From the NCBI GenBank assembly GCA_001938485.1, contig MQRK01217781.1:21397-85396 (forward strand): a DNA stretch of 64,000 bases. The letters are read 5' to 3'. The position numbers and the translations under genes are program-made. Source of the DNA: Girardia tigrina. Its lineage: Eukaryota. Each line of letters opens with the position of its first letter. Position 1 is the stretch's first letter. Under the pieces are notes generated by a model that saw nothing but the letters and a program-made list of their open reading frames with translations, searched no databases and was not told where the DNA came from. Shown in pieces: positions 39,736 to 50,400 of the stretch.

Positions 39736-40442
39736 GGCTTTGTGAGTTATTAACTCTTAACTTTGTAGGTTGTACCTAAATTTTCTTCTATTGTTGTTTT
39801 TTAACCTTTATAATCTAACTTATTTTCTTAACTTCTTCTTATAAATAATAATATTTACCTTTTAATATAAATAATTATATAATATAAATAATTATTTCTC
39901 ATATTTATTTATTTAATTATATATATATTTATTTAATTATTTCTCATTTCTTATATAAATAATAATTCTTATTATTTACTAAAAAGGACAAATATAACAA
40001 AAATATATTGTTAAATAATATAACGAAAATAAATAAAATAACATATTGTTCATATAGCTCAACATATTCGAGAGAAACTCAAATATTTATCAAAAAAAAT
40101 TTTTGTAGAGTAAATCTTAAAAAACAACTTTTTTTACGATTAATTTTAATAAAAACATTTAATCAATTTAAAATTGATTAATTTAAAATCAATTTAAAAT
40201 TTGGTTCAAAGATGTGAGAAAATTTTTTTTCATTTTTTACAAATAATGATTTTTTTGTTTATCTCGAATACAATTACTAGGTGTTTTTTTCGAGATAAGA
40301 CGGTAGTGCAGCACAAATAAGCTAGAAAGTAGATGGTCAGTATCAGATCAAAAAGCTGATGTTAAATTCTAGACAATATTAAAAGGACTTATGTTTGTAT
40401 GATTGTTTACATTATTTTGTTATTTAAAAACATTGTTTAAAT

Positions 40443-40529
40443 CAGGGCTGCGGAGTTGGAGTCAGAGTCGGACATTTTAAAAATATATGAGTTGGAGTCG
40501 GGTAAATTTAGTCCGATTCGGGTGCCCTG
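40443..40529. mobile_element. 87-bp hAT-type MITE
   Basis: cagggc..gccctg termini, a perfect 8-bp TSD gtttaaat and internal ggagtc repeats. Confidence 0.85.
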
Positions 40530-41498
40530 GTTTAAATTAACTCACAAAAAAGATTATAGTTAAGAAATCAAATATAAAAATTAAATAAAATATTCGTAGC
40601 AATTTTTTATTGCGAAATAACAATTCATATTATGTCTTAGTGTTGTTATTTGTTTAACTAAACCTAATATAAGTAGTCATTAATAAATCTCTTTAAGACT
40701 TATTTTAATTAAGTATTTATAATCAATTCGTAACATAATGTTAAATATTCCTTTTAGAAAAAATATCGAAAATAATTTAATCTTCTTAACCATTCATTTA
40801 ATTCAACATATAGTTTATAGTTTTGACACTGAATTCATTATTAAATTAGATCTTTAAATGCAATAAACAAATTAACTTGGTTAATCACAAAGCCAATTCC
40901 TTATTTTATCATGCTAATTTCAATTTGTAATTTGGCTAAAAAATATGTTTTAAAATATTGTGACAATGGAAATAAATCCTTTTATCAAAAATTTGGTTTT
41001 AATAGTTTTGAGTTAAACCCAAAAACTATAAACTATAAAAAGTCAAAACTATTTTATATTTTGTTAAATTACGTTACTCTAATTTCAACTGTATATAATT
41101 TAAATTTATATTTTAAATGGTGTAAAAACAATTTCTACATCAAATAATTGTTGCTCTAAATTATTGCATTTCAGATCGTTCATGTTAAATCCTAAGTTTT
41201 TCTTACAGGTTCAGAATTTAAAACATAATATTTCCTATTCATATCATTAGTAATAAAAACAACAAATCCATAAAGTAGATAGTAAATAATTTTTTAAAAA
41301 AAAACAAAATATATAACAAATTAATTTTTTTAAATTAAACGAAAATAATCTGTTTAAATGTTTGATTTTATTTACAAAGTAAAATTTGTTTGAATTTTCA
41401 AATTGAAAATTATTTCCAAGGTATTTATAATATAGGACTATAGATTTTTTTTGTGAAATTTGACAATTAATATCGATATCTCCAGAGCTTTTTGTACA

Positions 41499-44400
41499 AT
41501 GAATATTGAAAGCAATAATGAAAAATATTATCCAATAGCTGTTCTCATTGAAGAACTGAGAAACGATGATGTTCAATTGCGTTTAAATAGCATTAAACGA
41601 TTAACAACCATATCTCTTGCCCTGGGAGCCGAAAGAACAAGATCGGAATTGATTCCGTTTTTAACAGAAACGATTTATGATGAAGACGAAGTGTTATTAG
41701 CTCTGGCGGAACAATTGGGCAATTTTATAACGTATGTCGGAGGACCGGAATTTGCGTACACGCTTTTACCGCCGCTGGAGAATTTGGCGATTGTACGGAG
41801 GTTTTATCGATTTTGGGTGTTTTTGGTTATCGATCTCCACCGGTTTGAGAGTGTGAATCTATGGAAAAAAATTAACTTTTCATTCCTTCGTTTTTATACA
41901 TTTTCTTCAGTTAAGTTGCTTAATTCTCTGTATTTTTCCAGTTTTATTTTGAATTTTTTTCTACTTTTATTTTAGCTAATTTTAAAATATTCGAAAAATT
42001 ATTTTAATTTAAAAAAAACAATTTTTTTATTTTTCTGGCAATATTTGATAATTTTTAAATAATTAAATACATTCTATTTATTTCTATAATAAAACTTGTA
42101 TTTTTTTGAAAAATATTTTTGTGATTCTTTAAATATTCAATATTTGGTAATTTTATGTATATATATATATACAATTAATTTAAATATAATTTATTAATCG
42201 ATTTCTAAAATTTAGAAAAATTGATTTTGTTTTGAAAATAAGTTTTGTGGGTTGAGGGAAGAGAAGTTATTTTAATTTGATAAAAAATCTTAAATATTCT
42301 TTAATATAATCTTTAATCTTAAATATTCTTTTTATTTTTTTCAGTTAATATTTTATAATTCTTAAATATTAAAAGAACGAAAATCGATTTTATTATTAAA
42401 ATTTATTAATTTTTTCAATTTTGAAAATATAGAAAAAAATACATTATAAAATAAAAGAATGTTTTTTGAAATAAATATAGTATTTTTTAATTTACAGAAT
42501 TTTGGGTATACGGGCCACTGCAAAAATAAAAGTATGAAAATATATGAAAAATTACAAGCATTCCAGGAAAAATAATTTAAAAATTAAAAAAAAATATTTA
42601 AAATGCTTAAAAGCAACCTAACAAGAAAAATATCTACATTTCTTATGTAATCACTTGCTTCTCTGACTTATTTTTTTCTTCTCATAATATTTCGAAATAT
42701 TTCTTTTCGTTGCAATTTGTTTAGCTTTTATTCGGATTGCAACTGTTAAGATCCCTCTGTTTGCATTTCTAGAGTTTATGATTCAATCTTTAAGTTCAGT
42801 CTCCAATTCTGACTATATTCCTTTGTTCTTCATCTTGAACGTTTAGTCGGCGGCATCTTCTCCAAAACTTTTTCTAATTTTCTTCAATCGCGGATGCATC
42901 TTTCATCAATCTTATAATCGTTCTGTAGCTCTATTTCTATGTGCTATATCGTATGATACAATCTCAAGTTTCATTGCAGCAACTTCTTTTTCTTCTCATT
43001 TTTTAAAACTATTTTTTATTTATTCTTTTTTTTAGTAAAAATTTACCTAAAATAATTTTAAAAACAATTCAAAAAAATTATTTCATTTTAAATATAAAAA
43101 AAATACTTATAAAATATATTAAGCATACCTAAAAATATTCATATTTGTTTCAACAAATTATTAAACATTTATTTCATTCATCTAATCGGGGTACAAATAT
43201 TTCCTAATTTAATTCGAATAATTTCTAAAAAAAGCCAGTGGTTACATAATGACTACATATGTTTTCATTGATATCTTGTGACTTCAAAAACATTTATATA
43301 AATTTTGTAAAATTATAGAAATATAGATAATAGGAATATAGATAATTTTTATATATTGTCATACTTTTATTTTTCCTGGGGCTCGTACGGAACTATACCA
43401 ATTTTTTTCAATTTAAATTTCGTTTTAATTAGAAATTTGTTACTAATATTTAATTTTAATAGTTTTTAAAATACTTATTAGTTTTTTTGCAGTTTATTTC
43501 TAAAAAAACATTCTTTTATTTTGTAATAAAATTATCTATTTTTTATTAGATTTTCAAAATCGATTAATTAATAAATTTTAATAAGTTGACTTTCGTTTTT
43601 TTTGGAATATTTTAGAATTAAAGAATATTAACTGAAAAAAATAAAAAGAATATTTAAATATTTAAAAAGTATTTTTTCGAAGTAAATTAAAATTTCTAAA
43701 TATTTTTAAACTAATTAAAAAAGTACAAAATATTAAAAATTATAATAAAGAATTTATTTTTTTAATAAATTTTCAAATTTTAATCAATCAAAAAATATTT
43801 AAAAAAAAATAAAAAAAATTTGTTCTATATTAAAATATTTTTTTGAAAATTTTAAAATTATCTAAAAAAATATTTGTAACAAATTTCAAAATATTTTTAA
43901 CATAAACGGTAGAGATACTTAAAATAATGATAATGTACAAGAACGAATGACGAACACGTGGTTGTATTTAAATTGTTTTTCGTTGATCTGAAAGCATAGC
44001 CAAAAACACCCTCGATTTCTAGTAATATTTTACGGTGAAAATCCAGGTCGAAGAGTCTGTTGTGAGAGAAAAAGCGGTCGAATCGTTGCGTAAAATCGCC
44101 CCCGAGCATAACTCGTCCCATCTCGAGGAATATTACATCCCGCTCATCAACAAATTGGCCAAGGGTGAGTGGTTCACGAGCCGGACTTCTGCGTGCGGCC
44201 TACTGAGCGCTGTCTACTCGAGAATCGGGGATTTATCGAAGAACAATATGAGAATGCTGTATAAAGTGTTGTGCAAGGATGACACGCCGATGGTGAGGCG
44301 AGCGGCGGCTGCTCGATTGGGAGAAATGGCGGCCGTGATGGAGCCGGGCTTGGTGCGGTCGGATTTGGTGCCTTTATTTGCTCAAATGATCCAGGACGAG

Positions 44401-47400
44401 GATCATGATTCTGTGCGACTGTTGGCGGTCGAGGCGACAGTTCAGTTGTGTGGGGCTATAAAAATGTCGTGTTCCATTGCCGATATGGAAAGTTGGTCGG
44501 TTTCCTATGAAGAAGAACTGGAAAAATGTATTGTGCCGCAACTATTGAAAGCTGTTGTTGATAAATCGTGGCGAGTTCGATATATGGTTGCCGATAAAAT
44601 AGCTGAAATCCAGGGCGCTTTGGGAACTAATTTATCGAAAAAACATTTACTGGTGAGAATAATTTATGAGTTTATTATTTTTTTTTTAATTTGTGATTTA
44701 ATTTAATGATATTTTTTGTATTTATAATTTTTATGTTTTAAATGTTTTTAAATACACCGATTGATTTTTTTTATTAAAAATTATAAGTAAATGTACACGG
44801 CTTTAGGAGATCCCTTTAAGGTGTGGAATTTACAATATTATACACAGATTCCTTTGAGATTGAGGTCCACTTGTCCTGTTAATAATAACTCAGAGCAACG
44901 AGTGTTCCATTTCTCTCTCTTACTTCTCACAAATCTTCTCTATTTGCTTGACGTCGGACCTTTGAGGTACCTATGGCATTACAGAAATTCTTGTAATCTC
45001 AAACCAGCTCTTCACCATTTAAAAGTCTTGTTCGAATGTCGTTGCACTCACCCCCGACTATAAGTTAATGAGACCATTCTCAGAGATTTCGACATATTCC
45101 TGGTTATTGACAAAGGGATGATACAAACTATTCAAGATACAAAGGCAGTGGTCCAAATACCTCTCGGATAAAGCAATTGCACACTATCATCGACCCTCTA
45201 CTGTGTTTTAAAGGGTAACCTAAATAAAACACCATAAAACTTATTATTTCTACTGATGTTTATTGCAATAAATGTGGTATGAACATAACTGGTAGTCACG
45301 GGGATACAGCTCTTTTTGTCGCCAAACTCACACTCAACCATCCGATTTGAATAACGTAAGATGTGACTCGTCAGACCAAACGATGTTAACCAACTGTCCA
45401 AGACTTTCGCTCTTTTCACCACGATAATATCTGTCTTCTGTTTGTCTCGCGAATATCTGATTTTTTCTTTCCAAGTCTTCTGAAGTAGCGGTAGTAGCGA
45501 CGGGCAGTGTATAGAAAGGGCAGGGACGTAATCAGCGCAAGTTAGTGACTTGCGCTTACTAGGAATTCCTTGTTCAAGTGGGATAATTTCAATCCACTAT
45601 TCCTGACACGACAGTGATTCAGCAGGTTACCCGGTCATTTCTAGCTAGGAATAAAACTCGCTGGTACTGCCATTGTAGCGCGCGTGTGGCCCCGGAAATC
45701 TAAGGGCATCACAGACCTGTTATTGCTCCATTTCATTTAGCTAAACACTATTTATTCCTCTAAGATGTCAGCATTTTGTGATTTCCATAATAAGTCATTT
45801 CATGCAGACGTCTCCTTATGGTCCACTTGGAGACTGGGAATGGGATATATAAAAAGTGATTTGGGTGAGGGAAGAATTTCTGGTTTAGAGGGCTAGCAAG
45901 ACATTTATCGATGGGAGCCACAATAAGAAAAATGTGGTAATATATTACATAATATATTACAGTAAACATAAAACCAAGGTTTTCAAAATTTTAAAAATCT
46001 TTAAGCGGTACTAGATCTAGCAATTCTTCATTGACATCTGCAGAAACATATCAAATAAATACAGTCAATATTGGAATATATTGAGTATCCGTAGATTTGC
46101 CAAGAACTAAATTGGTTGCAACACAACTTTTTACATTTCTTATCAACTGCTCTAGACAATACTTACTGATTTCAGTAAGACGTCACTCAGTTTTATGACA
46201 TGACATTAAAATTTGCTAAATTAATGAAGTAGTTTACTATTTATGAGATACAGATAGTTCTAAACCCCTTGATATTCTTAATAAAATCACCCTTTGTATA
46301 TGAACGTTTTGCACGAGCAATATTTCACAATATAGCAAAGCCAGCGTTGACCACAGAATTATGTTTGTTAGCAAAATGCGAGATTAATTTTTTCTAAATA
46401 AGTAGCGAAGACTTCAAGGAATTTATTTTACATCTTAAATTAGAATTATGCGGATATTCAACAATAAAGTAAGCATGGTTTTGATCATGGTATCACTTTA
46501 GATTACTTACTTTGTACTGAGAAAGTGATTGACTGAAAATAAACACAGTGATTTTCCGTTTCTATCGACAAATGCATTATTTTCTTCGTATTTTGGTCTC
46601 AAACCTCTACTTTCATCTTCATATCTTTTCTTGTTATTTGACATTCATTGATTTTGCTAATGATTTTCAATAAACAAACTATTTTTCAGTACATTCAAAA
46701 TATTTTATTGTAAAAGCGTCATTCATTGAATATATGTAAATATTACTATTAGTCGTGGATAAAATCTTAGTGATTTCTTATAGTTAAAAAAGTTTGTCCT
46801 CGTTTGAATAATAAACTATTACAATTTATAAAATTTTGAATAACGAAACCATAAATTTAGTTATCTTGTGGTTTAAAAAGATAAGTTTTTTATAAATGAA
46901 TGACTTCTAAATGTTAAGCTTTGCTAACTGAAGCATTTCAATATTTAATGTCTATTTTTTATTTTAATGAGTAATAAAAAATATTGATTAGTTGTGGATA
47001 CAAAAGAATTGATAATAACAATAAAATGAATGTAAAATAATCTTCTACTTATATAAAATTTTAAATTTAACCATTTCCAGTCCATTGTTGCCATATGGCA
47101 ACATATTTGAAAAATTAAATTACAGTTATCTCTTTTACCCAATTTAAATTTTACACATAGTAATAGTTTCTAAAAAGTCTAATAGATGACACTACACATA
47201 TTAGAATGCAAAAAACGCGATTCTCACTTTTTTCTTAGCAATTTAAATCAACATTGTTTTTTTTCAAAATTAATAATTTGGGCTTGGAAGGGTTAACTCA
47301 ATTTTAATGCATAATAAACTTTACACTAATTAATAATTACACTTTCAAATAAACAGAAAGTTAGAGATGACATCATGATTACGAGAATTGATCACATAAT

Positions 47401-50400
47401 TTTCATATTCGATGTCTATCTTTTTCTAATCTTAAAATATTTTTGTATCTTTGCACATTTATCAATTGGAAACAGATGAATTAATCTAATTTTCTGATGT
47501 TGGCATTAGCAAAATTACTCATTTTTTTATTTCTTCTTAAGAAAATGAATGATATCATTTCAACATTTTGTATCTTATTAATTTTTTGTGTGACAAAATG
47601 TGATATACGTTTTAAATTCTAAGAAATTAATTTTAAAAACCGAATGATTTCTTTAAATTAAAAAAATAATCTAGGGTGACCAGTTGCTTAAAACCGGTAG
47701 GATGACAATCATTGATAAAAATCCAGACAGTCATATATTTCGTTGATTCATCTGCGTTAGATTAAATATGAGGTATTTTCCTTCAAAATATATGTTAAAA
47801 AGATGTATATTTTTGGGATGACAACAGGTTAAGCTGACAGAAATTGTTCTAAATTTTCATTTTACAGAATTTGAATTTAAAATATTTAATTAAATGACAT
47901 TGTTCAAATACTAATACTCATACATAATTCTCGTATAAATTTACGACTTCTTTCACAAGTACCTTCTTTTATGGCATATTTTCACGCTTAATTAAAATTT
48001 CACACTTAACATTAAATGTCTCAAAATTAGATAAAAATTTTATGAAACATAGACAGTTTTTCAAATCCCGCCCGGACGAGCATAAGAACCCGGACATGTC
48101 CGGAAAAATCCGGATGTATGGTGACCCTAATTAATCTTATATCACAGAATCTCGGTACAAATATTGAGACGAAAAATTAAAGGAATTGAAGTGCTTATAT
48201 TTTCATGCTATATTTTTTTATTTATTTGTATAAACGAAAATGTTCTTATTAATTGTATTATTAGGGAGCATTTATAACCCTTCTTAAAGACAGCCAAGCT
48301 GAAGTTAGAGCAGTCAGTGCTAGTAAGATCAATTCATTCGCATCAGAACTTTCGGACGATAACAGGAAACAAATCATCAAAGAAACTATGATTCCAGTTG
48401 TAAAAGAATTGATGATAGACACCAATTGTCATGTCAAATCATCTTTAGCTACTTCAGTTATGGGACTAGCTAAATATATTGATACACAAGATACAATAAC
48501 CCATTTATTACCAATTTTTATTCAACAATTGAAGGATGAAAATTCAGAAGTTTTAACTAAATTTCTCACCATTTCAATTTAATTCTCCATTTGCAGGTCA
48601 GAGTGAACATCATTTCTAACATCAATGCAGTACACGAAGTATTGGGAGTTGAACAACTGAGTTTAAATCTTCTGCCTACAATAGTTGAACTGTCATCTGA
48701 TAGCAAATGGAGAGTAAGACTGGCGATAATTGAAAATTTCCCGCTATTAGCTAGACAATTGAGTCGAAAATTCTTTGATGATCAACTGAAAACCGTTTGT
48801 TTGTCGTGGCTGGTGGACCATGTCTATGCAATCAGAGAAGCTGCTGTGAATAATTTGACCAAATTAACGGAAATTTTCGGTGTTGAATGGGCTGAATCTA
48901 TGATTGTTCCACGTGTAAGTTTTCTCTTTATTCAATCAATTTGGATTTTTGTTTGGCTATATTTAACTTTTTTACTAATCGATATAGCAAACACGTGATC
49001 AATATTTTTTACCATAACTTGTTTTTATATCAATTTTAACACTAAACTCTCAAAATGGCGGATTGAACATTTAATAATTTCAATTTCCATTATAATTATG
49101 TGAATATGGTTTTATAAGATTATGAAGACTTTCCATAAGACAACATTGTAATTATAATTCAATGATAATGTTCCTTTTAAGCACTTTAATTTAAATAATA
49201 GAATGAATTAAACCGAATACACATTTTACGTCGGTAGCTCTAGTGTTAAAGCAAAAAGTGGCACTTATATCCTTTAAATGTTTTCGCTAACCATCTTTTA
49301 TTTCTCACAAAAAAGGTCAGTCGTAATTGCATTTCATGAAATGCTTTTTACAATTGACTCTGTAAGAGAGTGTAACTCTTTACCGTGACGAAGCGAAGGC
49401 AGAAGAACAAGCCACTAGTCGGTTATCGAGAAATCTGCATGCAAATGTCTCCACCTAAACGGTGCGATTAAATTAAATTAAATTAAACCCCTTTCTCCAA
49501 ACAACTTGTTTCCAGGGACATGGTTATGTATACAAAGAAAAGATAACTCTTCCCAAAACACCCGCTAACGTCTCTGATATCGCTTGTTGCCAAAACAACA
49601 AATCTCCGTTTTCAAGTTCAGGAATATTAAAGTTGCGAGGGGGGAATGATTTTATGAGCCAGCGATACCCACCAATGAACAATGTTTTTTCACACACTGA
49701 AGTTTTACCAGAATAAAAAGTCCAGGATCTGGAATTTCAACTGTTGCTTCACCACTCTTATAGTCGACACGTTGCCCCGTTAGATTTTTATTTGTTCTGA
49801 TCGATGGCTCACTTCTTGCATGGTCATAAATTGTGGACGTTGAAATTAGGCGTGGAAAGTTTTTTGTTTCAAACGATATAAAAATTGTAGATGATTTGAT
49901 AAAAATAACTGATTTAAATTGATTGTGGTTTGTCGAATAAATAGATAATTTGATGTTGCTTGAATTTCAGTTTAAGTAAAGTTGATTAAACAGTTGATAT
50001 TATTTCAAAATATCCTCCGCCATTGACTGACCAGAACAGAGTTCATACATCAATCCCATACTTTCACACTTAAGAATCAATATTTAGCAACGAATCACCG
50101 GTGTTTTCAACATTCCAAATATTAAGCTGTTTTTCCAAGTTTATATTTTTTGTTTATACATCATGGAATTCATTTTTACGTTTCCATGTCATGTGTCAGA
50201 TTAACCCTTCGTAACATGCTGTGACACTTCTGTAACAAACCGCTGTAACTCTAACTATTAACATATCACATTTTAAATCACCGGTACATGCTCGGTGTGT
50301 AACAGATATGCAACAGTGATTTAAAATGTGATATGTTAATAGTTAGAGATCATATAAGAGTTGCAACGGTTTGTTACAGAAGTGTCACACCATGTCGCCA

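Noticed and set aside
49300-50190. Coding-like stretch in PP2A intron 4
   Set aside because: Too degenerate to assign; probably an old transposase remnant.
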